Below the pieces are notes generated by a model. It did no database searches. It was not told the origin of the DNA and saw nothing but the letters and a program-made list of their open reading frames with translations. The position numbers were made by a program, and so were the translations under genes. From NCBI GenBank assembly GCA_037133435.1, contig JBAXOD010000001.1, forward strand, positions 30,979 through 94,978: 64,000 nucleotides of DNA. Direction: 5' to 3'. Positions 49,229 to 59,496 of the stretch are shown here, one piece after another (within the stretch, counting starts at the first letter, position 1; each line of letters opens with the position of its first letter). The DNA comes from Candidatus Moraniibacteriota bacterium (GTDB taxonomy: Bacteria; Patescibacteriota; Minisyncoccia; Moranbacterales; UBA1568).

Positions 49229-52200
49229 TCAGATCGAAACGGATATGATGGCCGTGTTCAGAAACCGGAACAGTCCCTCAAAGAAAGAAGGTTCGTCGGT
49301 GTGCGTATCGTTTCGGAGCCGTTCGTCGGACGCACCGAGGACTTTCGGGGCGGAATCGGGAAGCGTGATCTCGTACGGCGTGCCGAGGGTGATGAATTCG
49401 CCGAAGGAAAGCCCGTCCGTTTCGGGATCGATGGACAGGCCTGGCTCCTCGGATGGCTCCGTGGTCGGATCCTGAGTTTCATCCGTCATTTTGACCGAAG
49501 CGACATCCGCGTCTTTCGTTTCCGGTACCGACCATGCCCAGACCGAATCCCCGTATTCCGTATAGACCGCGTTTTCCGTAGCGCCACCGTCTTGCATATA
49601 GGAAATTGTTTGGGCAGTCTTTCCGTCTGGACGGCGAAGTTCGATCGTCGCACGTTCATTGGGGAGTGTGAATCGTGAATCCGCGTTCGTGAGGACGATC
49701 TCTTCTCCCGGGCCGACGGAACGGTCGGAGAGGACGACGTGGTTCACAAGCTTCGTCTTGTCCGTCGCGGTGGCGATGATCCAGCCAGAAAGGTTGATCG
49801 ATTTCTTGTCATCATTTCGAAGTCTGATCCATTCATTTCCGGTGTCTTTCCCGGCCGGGTTCGGACACAGTTCCACGAGGTGAAGATCCCGTTTCGGATA
49901 TTTCCCGACATCGATCGTGAATGGGCGTATGACTTCCTCTGTGCCGTCCGTCGCGGTGAGTGTGCCTTGGTAGGTTCCGGATTTCGCGTACCGGTGACTC
50001 GTCACGGGAAGGTAACTTTTGTGGGTATCGCCGAAATCCCAGGTGAACTTCACGTTCTTCCTGTTTCCCGACGCGGAAAAGGGGATGAGCGTACGTACAT
50101 ATCCCCTTTTCGGAATGGAAGATTTTTTGAGGGACGGTTCCTTGCCGAAAACGTTTTCTACGCCCGGTGTCAGGGACTTGCTCCATCGGAACCGGTCGGC
50201 CTCGAATCGTCCGTACGACGCCTCTTCAATGGTTGCGCCGTATGAAACGGTATCCATGACGGTCGTACCGTCCGGTGCGAAGAGTGTTACGGAGCCGTTG
50301 CTGTTGCGCAAGGAGAGCTTTGAGAGCGATCGTGGAAGGACGAGAAATCCGCCGGCCGGAATCTCGCGGTATTCCGACGCGAGCGTGTCCTTCCAGACGA
50401 ACATACCCGATCCGGATCGGAGCATCCAACCGACGAGAGAAATCGGCGTATCGCTTGAGTTCCGGAGTTCGATCCATTCGTTTCCTTCGCCCTTTTCCTT
50501 GGGATTCGGGAAGAGCTCGTTGATGAGGATCGTCCCGATAACCGGAAAGGGAGCCAATATTTTCTCCGGATCAAAGACATTGCCCGTTCCAGGGGTAGGT
50601 GAATGGGTGAGAAAAAATAGTCCCGTTTCCGATCGCGCATATGAAGCACTCCTCTCTGTTTTTCCGTACGAGGTCGTGTCGGCAATCGTCCTATCTGGGA
50701 AGAGCAAGGTAACGGATTCAAATCCGGTGTTGTTGAGGGCGATTTTTGAGAGCGCATTTCCGATGACGAGAAATCCGTCCGGACCGATGACAGTACCCGT
50801 CGGAAACAGGTAGCCTGGACCGGTCGAAGCGTCTTTCAATGTCCATCCCGCAAGCGAAATCTCTTCTTCTCCCGTATTTCGGAGTTCGATCCACTCTTCA
50901 TTGCCGGTTTCCGGATAGGGGAGAAACTCATTGATGACGATCGTCCCGGAAGGCGGAGTAAGAGGCGGTCGTTCTTCCAGATCGAAGACGTTTGCGTTCC
51001 CGGGAGTCGGAGTATGGGTCGGAATGAACTGTCCGGTATCGTTTCGTGCGAACGATATTCCTTGTCGCGCGTCTTCGTATGAGGTAGTGTCCGCAATGCT
51101 TCGGTCGGGGAACAAGAGCGTGACGGATTCAGCCCCTGAATTGTTCAATGCTATATGCGAGGTTCCCGCATCGAGAATCAGGAATCCGTTCGCGCCTATG
51201 ACCGTCTTCGCTGGAAACGTATAGCCTGCACCGGAAGAAGCGTCTTTCACCGTCCAACCGGCGAGCGATATTTCCGTATCGCCTGTATTTCGGAGCTCAA
51301 TCCATTCTTCTTTTCCGTTTTCCGGGTAGGGAAAAAACTCATTGATGATGATCGTTCCGGGAGGCGGAACGGGATTGATGCTGATCGTACAAGAGGCAGC
51401 TCGACTTCCGATCGGAGAAGGATTTTGGCTGACGTTCCAGGAAAAGTCGGAACGGTTTCTTTCTATACTTGTATATCCAGGGTCTTCTACGGTTTTGCTT
51501 CCGGAGAACGGCTCGGAAATAGCATTCGGGAATTGGATGGAATCAATCGGCTTCCCGTCATGAAACAGGGCGATTCCATTCGACGCGGTGATATATTTCG
51601 AATTTGATATGTCGGATGATCCTTTTATGGCTAAATAGGAAGATTCAGCCCCTGAATTTATCCACAGCAAGGATGCTCCTGATGGTATGCACGTACCTTC
51701 GGGAAATTCCGCGATCACTTCTTCTTTTGTTGTTATTATTCCCGTCGCACTGTTTTTTGACCCAGTTTGTTTTCGGAGACTCCAAATACCATTAAGAATG
51801 ATATTTTTATCCGTGCGATTAAATATCTCAATAAAATCATTGTTTGCTTTTCCTGTACCTCCAGAAACCTGGATTTCACTCAAGAGGATATCCGGAAGAT
51901 CAGGCGTCGACGTATCCACAACCGTTTCTTTATCTTGTGCCACGATTGACGACGTCATCATGAGGAGGCCGGTCGAGACCGGAGCATCCGATTCCGCGGT
52001 CACGGGAACTTCTGTCGGATTATCGGGAGACGGAGGCGCCGTTTCGGGTTCCACGGGAATATCACCGGGGTCATTTTCCAGAGGTGCACTTGGGAGGTCG
52101 GATTTTTTGATGACGGTCTTCTCGATCGTATCGGTCGGAGCATCCGAATCCGTTTCGAGAGGCGGTTTCGTTTCGGGCGAGTCGTTTTTCACCTGAAGAA

Positions 52201-52345
52201 CGTCGGGATTCGGATCGGTGTTTATCGAAATATTTGTCGAATTGCCCGCGGTTATATCCGTGGTATCGGCCAGGGAAGGGCACGAGGAAACCAAGAGCGA
52301 GAAGGCGACGAGGGTCGGAATGAGAACGGTACGCCCGGAAATCAT
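49229..52345 (-). CDS. Secreted protein with five lamin-tail domains and a PKD domain
   Basis: Five I.I.E..P.P....EWIELRN......L.GW-type repeats; FTWDFGD...H.Y...G.Y PKD motif; signal peptide ending LLVSSC. Confidence 0.85.
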   Translation of the reverse strand: MISGRTVLIPTLVAFSLLVSSCPSLADTTDITAGNSTNISINTDPNPDVLQVKNDSPETKPPLETDSDAPTDTIEKTVIKKSDLPSAPLENDPGDIPVEPETAPPSPDNPTEVPVTAESDAPVSTGLLMMTSSIVAQDKETVVDTSTPDLPDILLSEIQVSGGTGKANNDFIEIFNRTDKNIILNGIWSLRKQTGSKNSATGIITTKEEVIAEFPEGTCIPSGASLLWINSGAESSYLAIKGSSDISNSKYITASNGIALFHDGKPIDSIQFPNAISEPFSGSKTVEDPGYTSIERNRSDFSWNVSQNPSPIGSRAASCTISINPVPPPGTIIINEFFPYPENGKEEWIELRNTGDTEISLAGWTVKDASSGAGYTFPAKTVIGANGFLILDAGTSHIALNNSGAESVTLLFPDRSIADTTSYEDARQGISFARNDTGQFIPTHTPTPGNANVFDLEERPPLTPPSGTIVINEFLPYPETGNEEWIELRNTGEEEISLAGWTLKDASTGPGYLFPTGTVIGPDGFLVIGNALSKIALNNTGFESVTLLFPDRTIADTTSYGKTERSASYARSETGLFFLTHSPTPGTGNVFDPEKILAPFPVIGTILINELFPNPKEKGEGNEWIELRNSSDTPISLVGWMLRSGSGMFVWKDTLASEYREIPAGGFLVLPRSLSKLSLRNSNGSVTLFAPDGTTVMDTVSYGATIEEASYGRFEADRFRWSKSLTPGVENVFGKEPSLKKSSIPKRGYVRTLIPFSASGNRKNVKFTWDFGDTHKSYLPVTSHRYAKSGTYQGTLTATDGTEEVIRPFTIDVGKYPKRDLHLVELCPNPAGKDTGNEWIRLRNDDKKSINLSGWIIATATDKTKLVNHVVLSDRSVGPGEEIVLTNADSRFTLPNERATIELRRPDGKTAQTISYMQDGGATENAVYTEYGDSVWAWSVPETKDADVASVKMTDETQDPTTEPSEEPGLSIDPETDGLSFGEFITLGTPYEITLPDSAPKVLGASDERLRNDTHTDEPSFFEGLFRFLNTAIISVSI

Positions 52346-52486
52346 ACGCGAATGTCTCAAAAGGTATTCCGGTTATCATAGTACAGGAACCCGCTTTGAT
52401 ACAAGTCCCGTTTTATGGTATTATTACTTTAGAATAAAGATCAATCCAAACATATGAGAATAGATATCGTCCCGGAAGGGAACAAG

Positions 52487-52798
52487 ATGAAGAAGCCTGG
52501 AAGCGGTGACGACTGGAATTTGTCGCTTCTGTTGGATACGGTGTTCGGGGGTGTTGGGGCGCTGGTTGAAAAGGTGTTCGATATCGTCGTTTCCGGCGTG
52601 GAAGCGGCCGTATCCGGGACGATTCGCCGGCTGTTCGCCCTTGCGATCGGATTGATAGGACTTTTCTTCCTTCTCGGTGGATTCGCGGACTTGATGGATT
52701 ACCTGTATGGGATACCGGGAATCGGCGGTATCATCGTCGGCGGGGTGGTGTTCCTAGCTGCGCTTATCGTGTCGGCGACCGCGGCGAGGAAACGATAG
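52487..52798 (+). CDS. Small membrane protein (holin-X/YqjE-like)
   Basis: Two C-terminal TM helices; adjacent to a DUF883-like gene. Confidence 0.5.
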   Translation: MKKPGSGDDWNLSLLLDTVFGGVGALVEKVFDIVVSGVEAAVSGTIRRLFALAIGLIGLFFLLGGFADLMDYLYGIPGIGGIIVGGVVFLAALIVSATAARKR

Positions 52799-52846
52799 CT
52801 GGAAGAATTATTTTCTCTAAGTAGATAATTCATAAGGAAGCGTATT

Positions 52847-53086
52847 ATGGCAAGCGGAATAAAGCTGGGTATGGAGAAGGTCGAGAAGGAACTCGAGAAG
52901 AGCCGAAAGCTCGTGGAGCGCGAGGCCGCGAAGATCAAGAAGGCCGTCGATTCGTCCGTGAAGCAGGCTGATGCGTATATTCGGAAGAATCCGGAGAAGG
53001 CGGTGGCCATCGCATCCGGTATCGCGGCGGCACTCGGCGCGGCGGCGGCACTCATCGCCACGCACGGCAAGAGGACAAAGAAATAA
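52847..53086 (+). CDS. DUF883 (ElaB/YqjD-like) protein
   Basis: Coiled coil then YIRKNPEKAVAIA and a C-terminal TM helix with basic tail. Confidence 0.75.
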   Translation: MASGIKLGMEKVEKELEKSRKLVEREAAKIKKAVDSSVKQADAYIRKNPEKAVAIASGIAAALGAAAALIATHGKRTKK

Positions 53087-53170
53087 TTCGGAACATTTCG
53101 AATTCGGACCGCCCCATACCATACGGTACAGGGCGGTTTTCGTTGATCGTCCTCGTGATATACTTGATTC

Positions 53171-53941
53171 ATGAGCACAAGACAGAAAATCGTTGTTTTG
53201 GCGGGTGTCGTAGGAATTGCCGTCTTAGCGGCGTGGTTCGTGATGTCCGGCAACCGGAGCCGGGTGTTCACTGGTCGTTCGGAAATCGTGCCGCAAGACG
53301 ATACGACGGCAGCACCCGTGACCGTGGTTGATTCCGCTTCCGATATGGTCGCTCCGGCTTCGGATGAAACCGTCGCTAAGGGTACGGAGTCCGATATTCC
53401 GAAGGAAACGATAACGGATACGAAAAAAAGCGCGCCGATACGATCTGATTCACCGGTAGCGGATACGAAATCCATTTCCGGTCCGACGATTGTCGATCGG
53501 CTCGTATCGTTCGGATACGAGAGTCGGTCGTCACGCGATATCGATACGATCGTCATCCATTCATCATACGACGCGCTCGGGAGTGATCCGTATTCGGTAC
53601 AGGGCGTGATCGCGGAATACAAACAGGCCGGCGTTTCACCGCACTATCTCGTCGACAGGAAAGGCACGATTTATCGTCTGGTCGAGGACCGTGATGTGGC
53701 GTATCATGCGGGAGTGTCGAAGATGCCGGATGGTCGTACGGGTGTGAACGAATTCTCGATCGGTATAGAGGCCATCGGGAAGGATACGGATTCGCCGACC
53801 TCCGCTCAGTATACGAGTCTTCGGTCGCTTATCGCTTCATTGAAGGGGAAATATCCCATCAAATCCGTCCTCGGTCATTCCGATATCGCACCCGGCCGCA
53901 AGAGCGATCCGTGGGGATTCGATTGGAAAGAGATGAAATAA
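53171..53941 (+). CDS. N-acetylmuramoyl-L-alanine amidase (Amidase_2, AmpD-like)
   Basis: IVIH, SPHYLV...G, AYHAG.S, N..SIGIE and GHSDIAPGRK.DP; TM anchor. Confidence 0.92.
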   Translation: MSTRQKIVVLAGVVGIAVLAAWFVMSGNRSRVFTGRSEIVPQDDTTAAPVTVVDSASDMVAPASDETVAKGTESDIPKETITDTKKSAPIRSDSPVADTKSISGPTIVDRLVSFGYESRSSRDIDTIVIHSSYDALGSDPYSVQGVIAEYKQAGVSPHYLVDRKGTIYRLVEDRDVAYHAGVSKMPDGRTGVNEFSIGIEAIGKDTDSPTSAQYTSLRSLIASLKGKYPIKSVLGHSDIAPGRKSDPWGFDWKEMK

Positions 53942-54058
53942 GAACAGATAACAGATAACAGGGAGCATCTCAGTTCTTTATGGATTTTCATTACGATAGC
54001 TCCTCGATCTTGTTTGTTGTCAGTGGTCAGCTGTAAGTCGTTCGTTTTTTCCCCAGGT

Positions 54059-54331
54059 ATGAAATATTCGTTCAGGCTTGAAATAGGAAGGGAAGGGTCG
54101 AGGCTTTCGCTTTTGGAAGGGGACGAGCAGGTTTCGTCGCGGGAATGGCCCGAGGCGCGGGATATGGGTCATCAGCTGTTCGAGGCGATCGACGCTCTCT
54201 TGAAGGAATCGGATCTCGAACCGGCATGGGTCTCCTCGTTCGTCATCGAGACCGACATTCCCGAATCGTTCACGTCCGTCCGTATCGCGGAGTCGGTGGC
54301 GAAGGCGTGGGAATACGGGGCAAGAGGGTGA
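54059..54331 (+). CDS. Miniature TsaB-like protein
   Basis: L...ID.LL......P.......I......SFTSVRI....AKA resembles the TsaB N-terminal half. Confidence 0.55.
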   Translation: MKYSFRLEIGREGSRLSLLEGDEQVSSREWPEARDMGHQLFEAIDALLKESDLEPAWVSSFVIETDIPESFTSVRIAESVAKAWEYGARG

Positions 54332-54382
54332 TTCGATGTCGCCTTATGCTATACTGGAGGCGAACATCGAAAGAAAAAAGAT

Positions 54383-56095
54383 ATGTCACATTTTTCAAAA
54401 GATATTTCTATTGTCGTCGGCGGGGCGGCCGGGCAGGGCATCCAGACCGTCGAAGCCGCGCTCGTCCGGATCCTCAAGGAGGCCGGATACGGTATCTTCG
54501 CGTGCAAGGAATACATGTCGCGCGTCCGTGGCGGGAGCAACTCCGTAGAAATACGGCTTTCTTCGACGAAAAAGCCGCGCAAGGCTTACGTGCGGCGGAT
54601 CGATTTCCTGTTCGCGCTCGACGCGCTGGCGCTCGAACATGCGAGGTGGCGGATCGGTGAGGGGACGACCGTTTTCGCCGAGAAAGCCGGAGCGGATGTG
54701 AGCGGGATTTTGCGACTCGTCGATACTCCGATACTGCGATTCGCGAACGAGGCGGGCGGCAGTCCACTCTATGCGAATTCCGTCGCGCTCGGAGTGATTC
54801 TCGGTGTACTCGGAATCCCGTCCGAGGGCGCGCAATCATATCTCACGAAGACGTTTTCCAGAAAAGGGGACGATATCGTGGCGAAGAATCTTGAGGCACT
54901 CGAGAAAGGATACCTCTTCGGGAAGCACTCGGCGTATGCCGAAGGTATCGAGGTCCCGCTTTCCCCGGATGAGGAAAAAAAGGACGACTTGCTGCTCGAC
55001 GGGACGACCGCGCTCGGTATCGGGGCTTTGGCTGCCGGTTGTGATTTCATTTCCTCGTACCCGATGTCTCCCGGAACCGGCGTGCTCGCTTTTTTGGCGC
55101 AGCACGCGAAACGGTGCGGGGTCGTCGTCGATCAGGCGGAAGACGAGATTTCAGCCATAAACGCCGGACTCGGAGCTTCATATGCCGGCGCCCGTGCCTT
55201 GGTGACCACATCGGGCGGCGGATTCGACCTGATGCAGGAAGGCGTGAGCCTTTCGGGCATGATCGAGACGCCGATCGTGATCCATATCGGCCAGCGGCCG
55301 GGACCGGCGACCGGACTCCCGACACGCACCGAGCAGGGCGACCTGAATCTCGCGCTGTATGCCGGACACGGGGAGTTCGTGCGGGCCATCTACGCGCCGG
55401 GAACGCCTGCCGAGGCGATCGCGGTCATGGAACACGCGTTCGATGTCGCCGATGAATATCAGATCCCGACTTTCGTGCTCTCCGATCAGTATTTCCTCGA
55501 TGCCATCGCTCCGATCGATGCGGGCGATATTCCGCGCTTGCCGCTCGCAAAGCATATCCGGAAGACCAGTGAGGGATATCTCCGTTATGCATTGACGACG
55601 GACGGACTGTCACCGCGTGGCGTGCCGGGATACGGCGAGGGACTCGTGTGCGTCGATTCGGACGAACACGATGAGAGCGGACATATCACGGAAAGCTTCG
55701 AGGTGCGCCGAGCGATGATGGACAAGCGGTTCAGGAGACTCGAAACGCTTCGTGAAAAGGCGATGATGCCGCATGAATTCGATAATTTCAAGGAATCGGA
55801 AACGGCGGTCGTCTCGTGGGGATCCAATGCCGGCGTCGTCGAGGAGTCGCTTGTGAAACTTGCAAGCAAAAAGCTCGGCGGGATTCATTTTGCCCAGGTA
55901 TTCCCGATCAATCCGGAAGTGAAACACCTTCTGAAAGGGAAACGGATCGTCGTCGTCGAGAACAATCATACCGGACAATTCGCCGATCTCCTGGTCCGCG
56001 AACTCGGAGTGAAGGTTGACCGGCGTATTCTCAAATCGACCGGCGAACCGTTCTGTGTAGAGGAACTCATGGAAGAACTGAAGTCCGAAGCCTAA
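54383..56095 (+). CDS. 2-oxoacid:ferredoxin oxidoreductase alpha subunit (gamma-alpha fusion)
   Basis: GGAAGQGI, EY.S.VRGG, YPMSP, QAEDE, TSGGG and QRPGP.TG.PT. Confidence 0.93.
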   Translation: MSHFSKDISIVVGGAAGQGIQTVEAALVRILKEAGYGIFACKEYMSRVRGGSNSVEIRLSSTKKPRKAYVRRIDFLFALDALALEHARWRIGEGTTVFAEKAGADVSGILRLVDTPILRFANEAGGSPLYANSVALGVILGVLGIPSEGAQSYLTKTFSRKGDDIVAKNLEALEKGYLFGKHSAYAEGIEVPLSPDEEKKDDLLLDGTTALGIGALAAGCDFISSYPMSPGTGVLAFLAQHAKRCGVVVDQAEDEISAINAGLGASYAGARALVTTSGGGFDLMQEGVSLSGMIETPIVIHIGQRPGPATGLPTRTEQGDLNLALYAGHGEFVRAIYAPGTPAEAIAVMEHAFDVADEYQIPTFVLSDQYFLDAIAPIDAGDIPRLPLAKHIRKTSEGYLRYALTTDGLSPRGVPGYGEGLVCVDSDEHDESGHITESFEVRRAMMDKRFRRLETLREKAMMPHEFDNFKESETAVVSWGSNAGVVEESLVKLASKKLGGIHFAQVFPINPEVKHLLKGKRIVVVENNHTGQFADLLVRELGVKVDRRILKSTGEPFCVEELMEELKSEA

Positions 56096-56203
56096 GAGTG
56101 GTAGCAAGTAGGCAGTAGAACGCAGTAAGGCTCCGCTTATTCGGACTTTCGAACGTACGGACTTGATAAACTTTCGACTTTTTCACTTTTGACTCACAAT
56201 CCT

Positions 56204-57052
56204 ATGTTTTCCTTCGATATGCCCCAAGACACCGATGTCGCCTGGTGTCCCGGCTGCGGGAACTTCCCGCTCCTCACCATCCTCAAGAACGCGCTTCGCG
56301 AACTCGGCAAACAGCCGGAAGAGACCGTGATCGCGTCCGGTATCGGCCAGGCCGCCAAAATGCCGCAGTATGTGGATGTGCATATGTTCAACGGTCTGCA
56401 CGGCCGTTCGATTCCGGTGGCGATGGGCATCAAGCTCGCGAATCGCAATCTGACCGTGATCGCGGAATCCGGTGATGGCGACATTTACGGCGAGGGCGGG
56501 AACCATCTGTTGCACGTCGCACGTCGCAATCCGGATATCACCGTCCTCGTGCACAACAACATGGTGTACGGCCTCACGAAGGGCCAGGCCTCGCCGACTT
56601 CGGAGAAGGGGATGAAGAATCCGATTCAGCCGGACGGCGTCGTCATCGAGCCGTTCAATCCGATGGCGGTCGCCATTTCGGTGGACGCGCCGTTCGTGGC
56701 GCGCGCGAACGTGGGCGATCCGAATCATGCCAAGGAGATCATCAAGGCCGCGATCGACTTCAAGGGATTTTCGGTCGTCGATCTGTTCGTGCCGTGCGTG
56801 GTCTTCAACAAGACGAATACCTACCAGTGGTTCAAGGAACATACGTATCCTATCCCGCCATCTCATGATCCGTCCGATCGGGCCGCGGCGTTTCGGTTCG
56901 CGCTCGAGACCGACAAGCTCCCGCTCGGCATTCTGTATCAGAACGACTCCCGCGAGCTCTATGAGGACCGTCTCGGCATCACCGAAATCCCGCTCTACCA
57001 GCGCGAATTCGACGAGCAGGCCTTTCAGGAAGTCGTAGCCGGATATCGATAA
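56204..57052 (+). CDS. 2-oxoacid:ferredoxin oxidoreductase beta subunit
   Basis: WCPGCG, SGIG, LHGR, GDGD...EGGNH, NN..YGLTKGQ.SPT and PCV. Confidence 0.93.
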   Translation: MFSFDMPQDTDVAWCPGCGNFPLLTILKNALRELGKQPEETVIASGIGQAAKMPQYVDVHMFNGLHGRSIPVAMGIKLANRNLTVIAESGDGDIYGEGGNHLLHVARRNPDITVLVHNNMVYGLTKGQASPTSEKGMKNPIQPDGVVIEPFNPMAVAISVDAPFVARANVGDPNHAKEIIKAAIDFKGFSVVDLFVPCVVFNKTNTYQWFKEHTYPIPPSHDPSDRAAAFRFALETDKLPLGILYQNDSRELYEDRLGITEIPLYQREFDEQAFQEVVAGYR

Positions 57053-57068
57053 ACCAAGAAAGACGTCT

Positions 57069-57136
57069 TTGAATATCCGACCAAAGAATATTATAATATC
57101 GAATAGTCTTGACTATTCGATATTTTACTATATAAT
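57069..57136 (+). promoter_or_regulatory. Tandem promoters overlapped by a perfect 14-bp inverted repeat
   Basis: TTGAAT-17-TATAAT and TTGACT-16-TATAAT; AATATCGAATAGTC-TT-GACTATTCGATATT at 57095-57124. Confidence 0.65.
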
Positions 57137-57196
57137 GGTCGTACGTGAAATAGAGGAAAAAAATGGTAATATCGGCTTATAAAAGACATAGAGAGT

Positions 57197-58321
57197 ATGT
57201 ATCGACGACAAATTGAGCAGATACAGAAGGATCTGGAGAAGAAGATGGTGTTTTTGGTCGGGCCACGCCAAGTCGGGAAGACATGGCTGGCGAAGCAGGT
57301 CAGTAAAGACTATGATTATCCCGTGTATCTCAATTATGACAGTGCGGAAGATCGGAATATTATCAAGCACGAATCATGGCCGGAAAAGACGGACTTGCTC
57401 ATTTTGGACGAACTGCACAAGATGAAGGGATGGAAGAATTACCTGAAAGGTGTATTTGATACGAGACGATCGGAGTTGAAAATCCTGGTGACGGGAAGTG
57501 CGCGATTGAATACGTTTCGTCAGGCTGGCGATTCACTTGTGGGAAGATTTTTCTTGCATCGATTGCTCCCATTTTCCATTTCTGAAATCAAGGAGTCGAA
57601 AACGTATGCTGGGAAAATTGATCGCTTCCTGGAACGCGGTGGATTTCCAGAGCCGTTTTTGGCGGAACCGGTCGAAGATGCCGATCGTTGGAGACAGCAA
57701 TATTCTGAAGGGTTGATTCGGACCGATGTGCTTGATTTCGAGAAGATTCACAACTATCAGGCGATGCGGATGGTATTGGACCTGCTTCGACAGAAGGTCG
57801 GCTCTCCGGTATCATTCGCGTCCATCGCGAACGATGTCCAGATTTCTCCCGTCACGGTAAAAAAATATATAGGAATCTTCGAAAGTCTCTATATCGTTTT
57901 CCGGGTGTCTCCGTATTCCAAAAATATCGCCCGGTCGATATTGAAGGAACCGAAGCTGTATTTTTTCGATACGGGACTTGTCATGGGTGATGCGGGGGCG
58001 AAATATGAGAATTTCATCGCTATAAGCCTCCTGAAGCATTCACTCGGAAAAACCGATGCGACCGGCAAGGAGTATTTTCTCCAATATATCCGTACCAAAG
58101 ACGGAAGGGAAACCGATTTCGTGATGGTGGAGGATGGTCATATAGCCCGACTGGTCGAGGCGAAAGTGTCCGATGCCACGCTCAGCAAGAATCTTCTCTA
58201 TTTTACCGATATGCTCGACCGTAAGGGTATACAGGTGGTCAAGGAGTTGAAGCAGGAACAAACGAAAGGGAATATCGAAATCGTCCGTGCGGAGAATTTT
58301 CTGAAAGAGCTGTTTTTGTAG
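57197..58321 (+). CDS. AAA_14 ATPase with a DUF4143 (PD-(D/E)xK-like) C-terminus
   Basis: GPRQVGKT, LDE, TGS, GGFPE, K.YFFDTG and ETDFV...VEAK. Confidence 0.9.
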   Translation: MYRRQIEQIQKDLEKKMVFLVGPRQVGKTWLAKQVSKDYDYPVYLNYDSAEDRNIIKHESWPEKTDLLILDELHKMKGWKNYLKGVFDTRRSELKILVTGSARLNTFRQAGDSLVGRFFLHRLLPFSISEIKESKTYAGKIDRFLERGGFPEPFLAEPVEDADRWRQQYSEGLIRTDVLDFEKIHNYQAMRMVLDLLRQKVGSPVSFASIANDVQISPVTVKKYIGIFESLYIVFRVSPYSKNIARSILKEPKLYFFDTGLVMGDAGAKYENFIAISLLKHSLGKTDATGKEYFLQYIRTKDGRETDFVMVEDGHIARLVEAKVSDATLSKNLLYFTDMLDRKGIQVVKELKQEQTKGNIEIVRAENFLKELFL

Positions 58322-58425
58322 TGCGCGAGATTGGGCATCGCTGATTCGCCGCTTTACGAGCGCACGTTCAATGAGGCCGCTTTCCAACAGATCTTGGCAG
58401 GGTATCGATAGGTTCGGTTATCATT

Positions 58426-58452
58426 AAAAAGACCTCTTGCGGGGTCTTTTTT
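58426..58452. terminator. Bidirectional terminator
   Basis: AAAAAGACCTC-TTGC-GGGGTCTTTTTT. Confidence 0.75.
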
Positions 58453-58468
58453 GGTCTACGGATTTGCC

Positions 58469-58504
58469 CAAGGTCAGACCTTTGATTTCAAGGTCCGACC
58501 TTGG
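58469..58504. repeat. Two tandem AAGGTC-N-GACCTT palindromes
   Basis: CAAGGTCAGACCTTTG and CAAGGTCCGACCTTGG, 20 bp apart. Confidence 0.75.
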
Positions 58505-58514
58505 GTATATGCCG

Positions 58515-59246
58515 CTATTTCGCCACTGCCCACAGCGTCTCGAAGATGCTTTTGAAGCTGGTATGGATTGCCGGACTATCGATGATGAAAGCGAACTTTT
58601 CCTTGTAGGAAATTATGGCTATCTTGTTCTTTTCGTACATCAGCATCTCGATGTCGATCTTGAACAGTCCCGGCGGAAGGAATTTCGCCTGGCGTAAGTG
58701 TTGGACGCTTTTTCCCGAGAACGCGCGCATCTGTTCGTTGTCCGGCATCAGCGTCCGAGAAAGGATTTTCTGCCTGATCCGTTCCGGCCGATACGTTTTT
58801 TCGAAGAACTCGTCGCCGAAGTCCGAAAAGTATGATTCGGAAAACATCATCAGGATCTCTTTGCCCGGTTGTTCGAGTGATTTCATGAGGACTTCCTTGA
58901 TTCCTTCCTCGCCCTCGAAATAGCGGATTTCCGGTTTGTTGTCGATGAGATTCGTGAATGCGAGAAGTTGTGGGATGATGTCCGATATTTCCTTTTTTCG
59001 TTCTTCCATAATCCTCTCAAGGTCTCTCGGATCTTCTGCAAAGTAAAGGGTCTTTCCGCCTTTCTTTATGGCGCTGACAAGGCCCTTTTTCATCAGGTTT
59101 TCCAGTGAGAGATAGACCGTGGTGCGTTTAATGCCTGATTTGAGCGCGATGCGACTGACCGATGTTTGACCAAGCTCAAGCGTGGCGAGGTAGATCTTCG
59201 CCTCGTTCTCGTTTAGCCCGGCGCTTTGGAGTTGTTTATGGAGCAT
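58515..59246 (-). CDS. TrmB family transcriptional regulator (copy 2)
   Basis: Clearly alignable with 24275..25000 (NEA..YLA.LELG, KRTTVY, AEDPR.L, NLID.KP.I.YFEG.EG). Confidence 0.88.
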   Translation of the reverse strand: MLHKQLQSAGLNENEAKIYLATLELGQTSVSRIALKSGIKRTTVYLSLENLMKKGLVSAIKKGGKTLYFAEDPRDLERIMEERKKEISDIIPQLLAFTNLIDNKPEIRYFEGEEGIKEVLMKSLEQPGKEILMMFSESYFSDFGDEFFEKTYRPERIRQKILSRTLMPDNEQMRAFSGKSVQHLRQAKFLPPGLFKIDIEMLMYEKNKIAIISYKEKFAFIIDSPAIHTSFKSIFETLWAVAK

Positions 59247-59496
59247 AAAGAAAGATTATCATGTCTTGTCATCAGAAATGGCGACAAAATAAGTATAGCA
59301 TATATTCATTTTAATGGCAATAATAAAGCATAATTATTGATATATGCATTCTTCATAATGAAATTATTGGCATTACTAGTGACAAAAAATTGATTCGGCG
59401 TTATACTATTCCGTTACGATGCGTTGACAAGTCTAAACGCAATAGGAACGTTCCTTCATAATTCAATACCAACCAAATCAAAACAAAGGGAAAATC

